From an uncultured virus (IMG/VR IMGVR_UViG_3300020195_000012) (lineage: Duplodnaviria > Heunggongvirae > Uroviricota > Caudoviricetes), in the IMG/VR virus record IMGVR_UViG_3300020195_000012: a stretch of 64,000 bases of DNA; one strand, 5' to 3'. The notes under the pieces were generated by a model that searched no databases, had not been told where the DNA came from, and was given only the letters and a program-made list of their open reading frames with translations. Positions within the stretch are counted from its first letter, which is position 1, and each line of letters begins with the position of its first letter. Position numbers and translations under genes: made by a program. Below are positions 18,566-27,839 of the stretch, piece after piece.

Positions 18566-19804
18566 TTAAACAACTTCTTCAATCTTGACATCCGACTTTT
18601 TTGCATCCTGTTGTGCTTTGGCGTCTTTGCCCAACATCAACTTGATGACCCGTTTGATTTCTTCATCTCTCTTCGTTTCATCCGAGAAAACTTCATGCCA
18701 AGATGAGTTTTCTGGGCGATCAATGCTCGCATTGCGAACATGCGGGAGTTCACCCTTTTGTTGTCGCTTATCGATGTAACCCTTCAAACTTTCACCAAAT
18801 CCGGAATAGTGGAGAATTTCCACCTGTCCGAACATATTCACAGTGTTCGGACCAAGATGAGTTCTCAGCATCTTGGTGAACTCTTGATTGTCCGTTCCGA
18901 ATGACTCACCGTCTCCGAAGTAAAACCCGTAAATGTTCCACTTGATCGGGTTATATCGATTCTTGATAATCTTGTTCATCAGTTTTAGTGCTGATGTACA
19001 AAACGTCCCACCACCATATCTGAGTTCATAGAAGTGCTTTGCGGACACTTCCTTGGCTTCTGTGTCGTGCCAAATGTGAACTCGTTCTGTCTTCTTGTAA
19101 TACTTCGTGATGTACAAATCCAACCACCACGAAATATCCGACACGATATCGCACTTGTACTGATCCATCGATCCTGACCCGTCACGCATGAAAAAGATCA
19201 CAGCGTTACTTGTCGGAATGCGAATTTCGTTGTACTGGCGGTATCTCTTGTCATCGTTGATTGGACTGAGAATTGGAACCGGAGTCGTAAACCCAGGCAA
19301 CAAAACCTTCTTGTCCAATTTCCCGAGAGCAGACAGACGCTTCATGCACTGCTTCATCGTTCGCCCCTTGTGGAGCAACGAATTGGGACCAAGTTTGCTG
19401 ATCCCGTTGTACACGATCTTGGTGTCTTCGTAGGTCTGGTTTGGTTTCGGCTTCATGTCCGGAAGTTGCAATTCTTCTTTGAGCAACTTGAGAACTTCTT
19501 CCAAATCCACTTGCACCGTGATTCCGTCGCCTGGGTCCGTTCCGGGTTGACCTTTCTTGCCCTTTTCTGGGTCTTTGCCAATCACGTCGCCCTTTTTACC
19601 TGGACCTCGCCCAACACCATCGTTCGGCTTTCCGAAGACAATGTGGGGAAGATCAATTCTTGGTATTGTGACGCTGATTTTGCCGTTCTTCCCTCGTTGA
19701 CGGAAGATTGACCCGTTCTTGATGTGTTTCTGAAGTTCTTCTCGAAGTTTTCCGCTAATAATATTGCGGAATTCCTGATGGTCTTCAATGATGCGTTGAG
19801 CCAT
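18566..19804 (-). CDS. yeaH: YeaH/YhbH (DUF444) vWA-domain protein
   Basis: GVGRGPG, LQLPDMKPK, DKRYRQY, AVIFFMRDGSGSM (MIDAS), GGGTFCTSA, WNIYGFYFGDGE. Confidence 0.93.
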   Translation of the reverse strand: MAQRIIEDHQEFRNIISGKLREELQKHIKNGSIFRQRGKNGKISVTIPRIDLPHIVFGKPNDGVGRGPGKKGDVIGKDPEKGKKGQPGTDPGDGITVQVDLEEVLKLLKEELQLPDMKPKPNQTYEDTKIVYNGISKLGPNSLLHKGRTMKQCMKRLSALGKLDKKVLLPGFTTPVPILSPINDDKRYRQYNEIRIPTSNAVIFFMRDGSGSMDQYKCDIVSDISWWLDLYITKYYKKTERVHIWHDTEAKEVSAKHFYELRYGGGTFCTSALKLMNKIIKNRYNPIKWNIYGFYFGDGESFGTDNQEFTKMLRTHLGPNTVNMFGQVEILHYSGFGESLKGYIDKRQQKGELPHVRNASIDRPENSSWHEVFSDETKRDEEIKRVIKLMLGKDAKAQQDAKKSDVKIEEVV

Positions 19805-19925
19805 TATACACCTCCCGTTTTGGGAATTTTCCCTGAACTACACCACATTAGTGTACAGAATTGCTAATAACTTGTCTATACGTTTTAGATGATAAACTTT
19901 AGATATAAACTTTATCAATAAAGAA

Positions 19926-19952
19926 GTGGGGGATAACATTGTTATCCCCCAC
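19926..19952 (-). terminator. Hairpin/terminator after prkA
   Basis: GTGGGGGATAACA-T-TGTTATCCCCCAC. Confidence 0.65.
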
Positions 19953-19963
19953 AGGAGACACGA

Positions 19964-22045
19964 TTAGTCGTCAGAAGCGAGTTCGCCGCGAGCGAAGATG
20001 CTTGCGACATAGTTCAGAACATCGGTCGCAGACTCTTCGTTGTACCCGAAGTTCTTGATCATTCGGGTCTTGATGGCGTCGATCTTCTCTGCCAAGTCCT
20101 TGTCGATCACGCCAGCAGCGTTGGACAGAGCGGACAACTTGATGCTGTCCTTCGTATCCTCAAACAACTTCTTTTCCAGAGCCTTCGCCAGCTTCGGGTT
20201 GCTGTCCCAACGAACTTCCTTCTTGCGGAAGTGCATGGTGCCGATGAACTGCGCGATCTGGCGACGGAAATCGTCTGCCATCTGCTCCGGAATATCCGCC
20301 TTCTCTTCAATGGAACGCATCAGGCGTTCGTCGGGTTCAACTTCCGCACCAGTGTACGGATTACGAACCTTCGTCTTCTCGACATGGGCAACCACATTGT
20401 CAATGTAGTTGGTGAACAGCCGTTCGATTGCGCTGTTGTCAGCGACCAACGCTCGTTGGACCTCGTTCTTGAGGATTTCGTCCAGTTCCTTCTTCGCCAA
20501 CTCGATGCACGAGTCGTAGAAGGTGCGGTCGTTCTCATCGTTGATCATCAGCAATCGCAACTTCGCCTTCAACTCGTTCATCACCATGAACGGATTGATG
20601 TAGCCAGGATTGCTAACCAGCGCGTTGCTGATGGCGTTCTGCACGAATCGTGCCGACACACCGCGATACATGCCTTCGTTGCTGTACTTGTCCCGCAACT
20701 CCTTCACGGAGTCTTCGGTCCAACCCGGAAGGGAACGACCATCGTACAACTTTGCCTTCTCGACCAGACTGATCTTGTTATCCTTGTCTGGCGTGAGCCG
20801 AGTCAGGATAGACCAGAGAGCCGCGATCTCAATGGTGTGCGGAGCGACGTGCTGCCGAACCTTGTGCTTGCCGTAATCGTGTTCAAGAACTCGTTGTTCT
20901 TGCTTCCATTCCAACAGGTATGGAACATCCACACGAACCGTTCGGTCACGAAGGGCTTCCATCGTTTGATCAGCCTTCAGCTTCTCAAACTCCGGATTGT
21001 TCGTGTGCCCGATGAGAACCAAGTCCACATCGATCTGAGGGAACTTCTTCGGCTTGAACTGCCGTTCCTGACACACGCCGAGCATGTCGTACAGGAATTC
21101 TTTTTCGAGCTTCAGAATCTCGATCATTTCCAACATGCCACGGTTGGAAACTTCAAACTCGCCGTCAAACGAGAAGGCGCGAGGGTCGCTGTCCACACCG
21201 TAGTGACCCAGCTTCATGTAGTTGATATCACCCGTCAGTTCAGTTGCGTCCTGATTCTTCGGGTCTTTTGGCTGGAATGTTCCGATGCCGATGCGGTCAC
21301 TTTCTGACAGCAGAATCCGCTTCACTCGGATGTGCTTTTCCACAACCTTCGCCCAATCGCCGTCGTACTTCTTGAGCAATGCACCCATGAAGTATTTGCA
21401 ATGTGGGTTCAATTCGCCTGTCAAGCGAATCGGGTGAATGAGGTGGCGTTGAGACTCAACGGCATCCTGATCCAACTTCCCGTTCAAGTATTGCAGAACC
21501 GACTCGCGCATCTCGACCGGAATCAACTTCATCGGATCATCGTTCATCGGGCAAGCCGACTCTGGCTTGATGTCGAAGTCCCCGATGTTGACCCAATCGT
21601 AAGTGTAAATCGCACCTTCGTCAGTGTGCGAATACGCTTCCATGCCGCGCTTCATGCGACGACAAATCGTGGACTTGCTGCTACCGACTGGACCGTGCAG
21701 CAAAAGGATACGCTTTTCCGTACCGTACCAGTCAGCGGCACCCTTGATGTGCTTGACGAGTTGTTCGAGGGTATCTTCCAACCCACAAATCGGAATCTGA
21801 TCGTCATCGAAGAACTTGTAGTGTGTCACGGTTCTTCGATAACGCTCATGTGTCGTCATACCTGGAGCGACAATGAGGTTATAGAGACGCTGATAGGCCG
21901 AGAAAGCGAGTTGCGGACGCTCCTTGACCCGTTCCAAATACTCTGGGAACGACAGGGTTTCCGTCAACTTCTTGAACTGATTCCGATTGAACTTCGGAGC
22001 CAAGTCGTTGAACCATCCAGATCGTTCTGCGGTTGCTGTAGCCAT
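19964..22045 (-). CDS. prkA: PrkA/YeaG family AAA+ protein (annotated serine kinase)
   Basis: EKRILLLHGPVGSSKST, GIGTFQPKDPKNQD, SDPRAFSFDGE..NRG, HTN, EALRDR, HVAPHT, PDERLMRSIEE; GGGAGA RBS. Confidence 0.96.
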   Translation of the reverse strand: MATATAERSGWFNDLAPKFNRNQFKKLTETLSFPEYLERVKERPQLAFSAYQRLYNLIVAPGMTTHERYRRTVTHYKFFDDDQIPICGLEDTLEQLVKHIKGAADWYGTEKRILLLHGPVGSSKSTICRRMKRGMEAYSHTDEGAIYTYDWVNIGDFDIKPESACPMNDDPMKLIPVEMRESVLQYLNGKLDQDAVESQRHLIHPIRLTGELNPHCKYFMGALLKKYDGDWAKVVEKHIRVKRILLSESDRIGIGTFQPKDPKNQDATELTGDINYMKLGHYGVDSDPRAFSFDGEFEVSNRGMLEMIEILKLEKEFLYDMLGVCQERQFKPKKFPQIDVDLVLIGHTNNPEFEKLKADQTMEALRDRTVRVDVPYLLEWKQEQRVLEHDYGKHKVRQHVAPHTIEIAALWSILTRLTPDKDNKISLVEKAKLYDGRSLPGWTEDSVKELRDKYSNEGMYRGVSARFVQNAISNALVSNPGYINPFMVMNELKAKLRLLMINDENDRTFYDSCIELAKKELDEILKNEVQRALVADNSAIERLFTNYIDNVVAHVEKTKVRNPYTGAEVEPDERLMRSIEEKADIPEQMADDFRRQIAQFIGTMHFRKKEVRWDSNPKLAKALEKKLFEDTKDSIKLSALSNAAGVIDKDLAEKIDAIKTRMIKNFGYNEESATDVLNYVASIFARGELASDD

Positions 22046-22304
22046 CTTTGCCAATCTCCCAAAAACAGAGTAGAGAATCCACCCACTCAACCCACTCAGG
22101 TCAAGTATGATTTTGACTTATTTCCAATGAAACAAGTCAATCAAGCCATTTAATTAGGATCATATAAGAAATGAATGAGATAATATTGTCATCGGACTCA
22201 ACCATCTCATTTTTTATAAACTTTATCATGCGTCATCTATCATGCGTCATTTATTGATTGGTCTATTATTACGTCTTTGAAGCACTTTTGCAATACGAGT
22301 TTTT

Positions 22305-22640
22305 TTAGTCAATAAAATTCATTCGTCTTCCATTATTCGTGTCGTCAATTGGCTTGTAAGGCAATGAACCTTTATTTGCTTTCTCTGCTGCGGCTCGTTG
22401 AACCTTTGCTTCTTCCCAAGTCTTACCTTGTCTGTAAGACCAGTTATTCCACTTACTGCTCTCTCTTGGATTTTCAAATATAAGCCCAGGAACATCTCCA
22501 GTCAATACGTTCTTTGTTAACTTTTTTCCATTACACGTTGGGCATCTTACACTCGGAAATCCCTTATCATACTCTGCAAAACTGCAAAGACTCTCAAACA
22601 TCACATTACACTTTTTACACACAAAATTATAATTAGGCAT
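22305..22640 (-). CDS. FmdB-like zinc ribbon protein
   Basis: MPNYNFVCKKC..CPTC. Confidence 0.8.
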   Translation of the reverse strand: MPNYNFVCKKCNVMFESLCSFAEYDKGFPSVRCPTCNGKKLTKNVLTGDVPGLIFENPRESSKWNNWSYRQGKTWEEAKVQRAAAEKANKGSLPYKPIDDTNNGRRMNFID

Positions 22641-22644
22641 ATTT

Positions 22645-23187
22645 TCACACTTTCGGCAATTTACTAAAATCCGCTTTTAGCTTTGTTGCTAAAAGCACGA
22701 TACCAGCTTCAACCTTGTCCTTTCCTTGTACTAAATTAGTAAACGCTTCTGGATTACGTTCATGAATCTTTAACGCATATTTCTGCATCGCTGATTCTAA
22801 AAGAACGTATGCCGAATGAAGCGTTGCAATTGCATATCGATCTTCTTCAGAAACAACTGGTCTTACTGCCGCTTCTACTTTTGGGTCTTTCGTTTCTTTT
22901 GGCTGTTGTTGCTCAAGACGTTTGAGCAACGCATACAACATCAACCCTTCAGTGGTTGATGGACGACAACATAAAATTGCTTGAGAACGTAAAAATGTAT
23001 CGAGTTCTACAACATCGACGTTCATTTTATCGGCAATTGCCTTACTGCTGCGCCAAATCTTCCCATCCGAGAATTCTTTAATAAGAACTTCATTGAACTC
23101 TTTTGTTCCAATTTTTGATTGGACTGGGGTGTGTTGTTTGACTACTTCAACATCTTCAACAGGTTCATCAGCCAAATCAGACATCAT
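22645..23187 (-). CDS. Hypothetical protein
   Basis: 180-aa ORF coupled to folA. Confidence 0.7.
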   Translation of the reverse strand: MMSDLADEPVEDVEVVKQHTPVQSKIGTKEFNEVLIKEFSDGKIWRSSKAIADKMNVDVVELDTFLRSQAILCCRPSTTEGLMLYALLKRLEQQQPKETKDPKVEAAVRPVVSEEDRYAIATLHSAYVLLESAMQKYALKIHERNPEAFTNLVQGKDKVEAGIVLLATKLKADFSKLPKV

Positions 23188-23699
23188 TATCTCACTTTTT
23201 TCAGTGTAACTAAATCAAAGCCTGTTTTGAATTCTGTGTCAGTGACTACCCAATCAGAATCAAGTTTAGGGAAATAAACATCGCCCTCATATTCATTAAC
23301 AATCTTAGACATGATTATCTGATCAACTACATCAAGTTCAAGAGCGGATTTATAAATATTTTCACCGCCAATAATGTAAATGTCTTTGTCGCGGAATTGT
23401 TCAAATCTATCATCAGTACGAATGGATGATATAGCGCCCACCATATCACTCATGAAGAACGGACCATAATCTTTGGTTCTTACAGGGAACCACAAAGTCT
23501 TTGACAAGACAATGTTGGCACGTCCCTCCAAAGGCTTATTTTTATCGGGTATGCTATTCCACGTGTTTTTACCCATAATTACTGAACAGCCCATAGTCTT
23601 TTGCTTGAAGATGCGGAGGTCTTCAGGCATTCGCCAGGGCAACTTGCCTTTTGCGCCAATAATTCTATTGGGATCACATGCGACTATAATTGAAACCAT
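23187..23699 (-). CDS. folA: Dihydrofolate reductase
   Basis: IG..GKLPWRMPEDL..FK..T..VIMGKNTW, PLEGRANIVLS, IIGG, GDVYFP. Confidence 0.96.
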   Translation of the reverse strand: MVSIIVACDPNRIIGAKGKLPWRMPEDLRIFKQKTMGCSVIMGKNTWNSIPDKNKPLEGRANIVLSKTLWFPVRTKDYGPFFMSDMVGAISSIRTDDRFEQFRDKDIYIIGGENIYKSALELDVVDQIIMSKIVNEYEGDVYFPKLDSDWVVTDTEFKTGFDLVTLKKVR

Positions 23700-23707
23700 T
23701 TTAGACT

Positions 23708-24631
23708 CTAAACGGCGATAGGGACTTTAATTGGAGGATGTGGATTATAACCACTCAACTCAAAACAATCCATATCATATGAAAAAATGTCTTTAGCCTG
23801 TTTAATCTTTAACGTCGGAGAATCCGTTTCTGACTTAGACAAATACTCTTCTACCTGTTCAATCTGATTAACATAAATGTGAGAATCTTCAGTGTGATGA
23901 ATGAACCGATATGGAGTATATCCAGTTTGTTGCGCAAGCATGTAACACAAAGCACTGTAAAACTGAATATTTGCTGGAACGCCTACCGGAAAATCAGAAC
24001 TTCTCTGATTTAACAAAATACTCATCCTGCCTTCATCATCAATATCAATGTGAAAACAATAGTGACATGGAGGCAATCTCATATTGCCAAGATCAATTGG
24101 ATTCCACAATGAAACAATCAAACGTCTTGATCTTGGATTGGTTTTAATTTCATTTACCAACCAACTGATTTGATCTACACCTTTACTCAAAATTTCTTTA
24201 TCGGCATCAATGTATGCTTCAAAGTTATGATCTTGACGTTTTAAAGCAAGTATCCAGTCGCTATAGCTAGCCCCGAAGTGTCTCATCTGCCAGCCGTAAA
24301 CTGGACCTAAATAATTTGGCGGGTAGCCAGTTCTTGCATAGAATTCTTGATTATCTTTATTACTTGGATCAACCCAAGGTGTCCAAAAATTAGCACCAAG
24401 TTTAACTAAATCTTCGTTATTTGTTGATCCGGATAACATCCAAAGCAATTCAGCAAAGACTGCTTTTGGATATAGTTTTCTTTTTGTCACTAAGGGGAAA
24501 AATCGATCTATTTCATAAACCGATTTTATTGAAAAGACGCTGAGAGTATCGATCCCCGTCCGATTCTTTCTTTGTTGCCCATTTTTCAAAATAGACCGCA
24601 GCGCGTCATCATAAGGACTTAATAAATACAC
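23708..24631 (-). CDS. thyA: Thymidylate synthase
   Basis: RTGIDT, LGPVYGWQMR, SRRLIVSLWNP, LPPCH, QRSSD, DSHIYVN. Confidence 0.97.
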   Translation of the reverse strand: MYLLSPYDDALRSILKNGQQRKNRTGIDTLSVFSIKSVYEIDRFFPLVTKRKLYPKAVFAELLWMLSGSTNNEDLVKLGANFWTPWVDPSNKDNQEFYARTGYPPNYLGPVYGWQMRHFGASYSDWILALKRQDHNFEAYIDADKEILSKGVDQISWLVNEIKTNPRSRRLIVSLWNPIDLGNMRLPPCHYCFHIDIDDEGRMSILLNQRSSDFPVGVPANIQFYSALCYMLAQQTGYTPYRFIHHTEDSHIYVNQIEQVEEYLSKSETDSPTLKIKQAKDIFSYDMDCFELSGYNPHPPIKVPIAV

Positions 24632-25002
24632 TTATTTTTTTCTCCATTTGCTATTCTTTTACCCATTGTCATTCCAGCCAACAAGAGATTCTTTTTCATA
24701 GAACCTCCAATCGGAACATACCGCTTCTGAACCTCTTCCAAATCTTTGATCTTCTTGTCAAATTTGATTATCACTTCGTTAAGATTCCTGACATGCTCCA
24801 CGTATTTGTCAGTTTGTTCATTCATGTTTGCAATCATGGAAGACAAATTCTTCCAAAATTCCGCAGGAAGAGCAAGTTCAGACAATGGCGGTGTAGGCGA
24901 ACCGTCGATAGATTCAACGGTAATTGACCCATCTCTTTTGACCAAGATTTTCTTTCCGTTGAAAATCTGTTCAATTTCCATGATTCGTTGGAATCCAGAC
25001 AT
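24619..25002 (-). CDS. Hypothetical protein
   Basis: 127-aa ORF with GGAG RBS. Confidence 0.65.
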   Translation of the reverse strand: MSGFQRIMEIEQIFNGKKILVKRDGSITVESIDGSPTPPLSELALPAEFWKNLSSMIANMNEQTDKYVEHVRNLNEVIIKFDKKIKDLEEVQKRYVPIGGSMKKNLLLAGMTMGKRIANGEKNKCIY

Positions 25003-25043
25003 TTTTGTCTCCAGGTTGGAACAGTTTAAAGTTTAACTTTGAT

Positions 25044-25835
25044 TCATCCTTCGTTCAACAAAGTCTTGAACCGTTCCAAAATTACTCTTGATGCCGTGTT
25101 ATCCTTCCAGTCATATTCTGGATGCCACTGGCACGACAACCAACGCTTGCCCTGCATCAATTCCACAATTTCCTTACAACACGTAAGATCAACTCTGGCA
25201 AGCCCAAGAATGTCAATTCCTTCTTCTGCATACTTGACTTTTGGATTGAATGCAACTGCCTGATGGTGAAAACTGTTGACCCAAATGCGATCACGAGTTT
25301 TCTCAGACAAAACATCCCGCATCACCTTTCTCTCAGGTGGTTCTTGCGGCATACCATAAGTTCCGTAGACGATGCTTGGATTGATGATTTTGATCGAGTG
25401 CATCGGCTCTTTGGTCGTATGCTGAATTTGCTGCCGTTGAGGTTGATGGCAAATCGCAGACGTAGAAATGTCCATCACGAAACCCATGCCGTGACGAATT
25501 CCAAGTAACTGATGACCTCTGCATATGCCAAGCATGGGTTTCCCCTTGCCGATGCAATAGTCAATAATGTTTAACTCGCGACCGTCCCGACGAATGTCGA
25601 ACTTGCTCAAATTATGGTTCGACCAAACGCTTTCGCCATACACTGTTGGGTGAATATCAATCCCACCCGCCAATATGACTCCATCCACTTCACCAAGCCA
25701 ATGATTCACATTCGCATCGCGACCGTGATATAGCAAGACGAAGTTTGCGTCAAAAAACTCCTCAATTGCATCCATGCACTCTTGAGTAAATGAACTCGGA
25801 CCTGTCAGACCAATCAATTTCCTTTTAGCAGGCAT
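25044..25835 (-). CDS. Gamma-glutamyl hydrolase-like class I glutamine amidotransferase (peptidase C26, PuuD-like)
   Basis: DGVILAGGIDIHP..YG, RD..E, LGICRGHQ, VNSFHHQ, QWHPE. Confidence 0.9.
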   Translation of the reverse strand: MPAKRKLIGLTGPSSFTQECMDAIEEFFDANFVLLYHGRDANVNHWLGEVDGVILAGGIDIHPTVYGESVWSNHNLSKFDIRRDGRELNIIDYCIGKGKPMLGICRGHQLLGIRHGMGFVMDISTSAICHQPQRQQIQHTTKEPMHSIKIINPSIVYGTYGMPQEPPERKVMRDVLSEKTRDRIWVNSFHHQAVAFNPKVKYAEEGIDILGLARVDLTCCKEIVELMQGKRWLSCQWHPEYDWKDNTASRVILERFKTLLNEG

Positions 25836-25845
25836 GCTGCCTCCA

Positions 25846-26124
25846 TTATTCCGGAAGTTTGAACGTTGCGTCGGAACCTTGAACTTTGAAAGAAGGAGTT
25901 TCCTTCTTTACTACGTAAACCTGCTCTACTTCAATCGGGTGCGTTACTGAAAATTCACGCAGAGCTTCTAAAGTGAGTTCAGCCATGAAATCATCAATCC
26001 TTGGACCAAACTCGCTAATCATTATTGCCTTCAACCCGTCATCAGTCCAGCCACAAACCTTGGCAGCTTGATATGCTGCTGCTTTTTGTGCATCTGAAGT
26101 ATCCTGCCAGCCTTTTGAACCCAT
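25846..26124 (-). CDS. Hypothetical protein (start uncertain)
   Basis: 3' part of the 187-aa ORF; its 5' part overlaps the opposite-strand gene. Confidence 0.55.
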   Translation of the reverse strand: MGSKGWQDTSDAQKAAAYQAAKVCGWTDDGLKAIMISEFGPRIDDFMAELTLEALREFSVTHPIEVEQVYVVKKETPSFKVQGSDATFKLPE

Positions 26125-26248
26125 GTCCAACCAAGAATTGTGATCAATTTTTACTCCCTGAGAGTGAACTGATCCATTAAGTGAATTAATCAAAATAAGT
26201 TCTCCTTTTTGAGACATATCGCTCTGTAATATAGCGAGAGGACGTTTT

Positions 26249-26821
26249 ATGTCAATATCGGAAACCGGAAATGGACTAACAATCGCCATCGCATCTAAAT
26301 ATGAAGATGAACGAAATTGGATGGCATTTGCGTGTTGGTACAGTATCCATAAAATGATTCCCGATGCCGACATAGTCCTTCTTCTCAAAAAAACCAACGA
26401 TACGCCCAAAATAAATTACTGTTTTGGGTGGGCGACACGCGCAAACGTCAAAAAAGTATATTCCATCAAAAATCGCCCACTTCTCATTGTCGATGATGAT
26501 GTTTTAGCCGTTCGAGATTTCCGACCAGAAAAAACATCCTGCCAAAGCCCCGATGGATCAGTGACCTTGCTGTACGGTGACGATGACTCGCCACAAATCG
26601 TTACTGGATTGTGTGCTGAATGTAAAACAAATGACTACGCCACCTTCGTAAAAGTCGGTGATGAGTGCGGAAAATACAAAAAGGGCAGTCACATGACTGC
26701 CCCACCATTCTTTGCTCGTTTCAAATACGCAGAAACTTCTAACGAATTGCTTGTAGTTGACTTGTGGTACAAAATGCAACTGTCCTACATGGCTTTAAAC
26801 TTTAATCTGCCCCAGTTTTGA
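26249..26821 (+). CDS. Hypothetical protein with GT-A-like features
   Basis: MAFACWYSIHKMIPDA..LLIVDDDVLAVRDF (DxD after a hydrophobic strand); GAGGA RBS. Confidence 0.55.
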   Translation: MSISETGNGLTIAIASKYEDERNWMAFACWYSIHKMIPDADIVLLLKKTNDTPKINYCFGWATRANVKKVYSIKNRPLLIVDDDVLAVRDFRPEKTSCQSPDGSVTLLYGDDDSPQIVTGLCAECKTNDYATFVKVGDECGKYKKGSHMTAPPFFARFKYAETSNELLVVDLWYKMQLSYMALNFNLPQF

Positions 26822-27134
26822 CCATTGGCTTTTTTTCACCTTCGTTGTCTTCACGAGTTTTCGCCAATCCTTCTTTGATTCGGGATGACCAACCCGCGAT
26901 TATATCAGTGCTAACGCCTAAAAGCTTTGATGCACCTTCACTATTGTTTCCTAACACAGAAACAAAATCATCCCAAAACGTATTTCCTTCTGTGCGATCT
27001 GGACGGATTTCCAGACCACGATGAATAACAGACATACTTTGATCATCTAAATGAGATTTATCGGACTTTTTATGATCCCAAAAATCTCTTCCAGGCTGAT
27101 TTGCTAATTCACAAAGTTTACGAAAAGTCGCCAC
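26802..27134 (-). CDS. Hypothetical protein; possible virion internal protein
   Basis: 110 aa, N-terminus MATFRKLCE, GGAG RBS. Confidence 0.65.
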   Translation of the reverse strand: MATFRKLCELANQPGRDFWDHKKSDKSHLDDQSMSVIHRGLEIRPDRTEGNTFWDDFVSVLGNNSEGASKLLGVSTDIIAGWSSRIKEGLAKTREDNEGEKKPMVKTGAD

Positions 27135-27145
27135 AACATCTCCAA

Positions 27146-27418
27146 TTACGGTACTTCAGACACAATATCAAGAAACTTGAATGCGCCACTTGTAAAATTA
27201 TTCTTCAGATACAAGCCATTCAATCCATCAAGAGTGAACTGTGATCCATGCTTCAATTCACGATTATTCCTAAGAATATCAGGGAACCACGTCAAACGTG
27301 TTAGTTTGAAATTTGCACCATCAGTCTGATTGTATGGTGGTTTATCCGAAAACTCATTTACCGTAGATAAATTAACCTGAAATGTAATAGTCGCCATGTA
27401 CCCTCCTTGAATATACAT
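27146..27418 (-). CDS. Hypothetical protein
   Basis: Probable start MATITF at 27397 after a GGAGGG RBS. Confidence 0.65.
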   Translation of the reverse strand: MYIQGGYMATITFQVNLSTVNEFSDKPPYNQTDGANFKLTRLTWFPDILRNNRELKHGSQFTLDGLNGLYLKNNFTSGAFKFLDIVSEVP

Positions 27419-27447
27419 TATTTATCCAACACAACCTAAATAATTCC

Positions 27448-27609
27448 ATGCTAAACAAAAATCCAGATTGTCTCACCGAAAAGGAAAAAATCATTCTTGG
27501 AATCGATACAATTAAACAATTCTTCGACTCGTTGGGAGAAAACGATGTGTATAAACAAATCGTCCTTGAGGAAATAATGAGATTTCTAAAAAACGAACCA
27601 AACGATTAA
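27448..27609 (+). CDS. Small hypothetical protein (53 aa), not in the ORF track
   Basis: MLNKNPDCLTEKEKIILGIDTIKQFFDSLGENDVYKQIVLEEIMRFLKNEPND*; preceded by CTAAATA-N5-ATG. Confidence 0.6.
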   Translation: MLNKNPDCLTEKEKIILGIDTIKQFFDSLGENDVYKQIVLEEIMRFLKNEPND

Positions 27610-27827
27610 TCTTTATCTTCTTTACGTTTATTCATTTTATCCTTGATTCGTTCCTTGAACTTAGCCTTCAAATCTTCTTTTTTGTCTTGTTGTATAGATT
27701 CACTAGGCTTATCGTTACGCTTGTCTCGTTTTTGTTTAGAAAGCCACTTTCTAAACTCATGCAAAGAAAACGACGGTTCTTCACCTTCTGGTTCCTCATC
27801 ATGTAAATCTGCGAAAAAATCTTCCAT
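27606..27827 (-). CDS. Hypothetical charged protein
   Basis: 73-aa ORF with GGAAGGG RBS. Confidence 0.6.
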   Translation of the reverse strand: MEDFFADLHDEEPEGEEPSFSLHEFRKWLSKQKRDKRNDKPSESIQQDKKEDLKAKFKERIKDKMNKRKEDKD

Positions 27828-27839
27828 ATCCCTTCCCTG

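Noticed and set aside
20231..22153. Long + strand ORFs (358 and 273 aa) opposite prkA, and similar ones opposite spoVR/yeaH
   Set aside because: Expected antisense ORFs from high-GC3 codon bias; no recognisable motifs.
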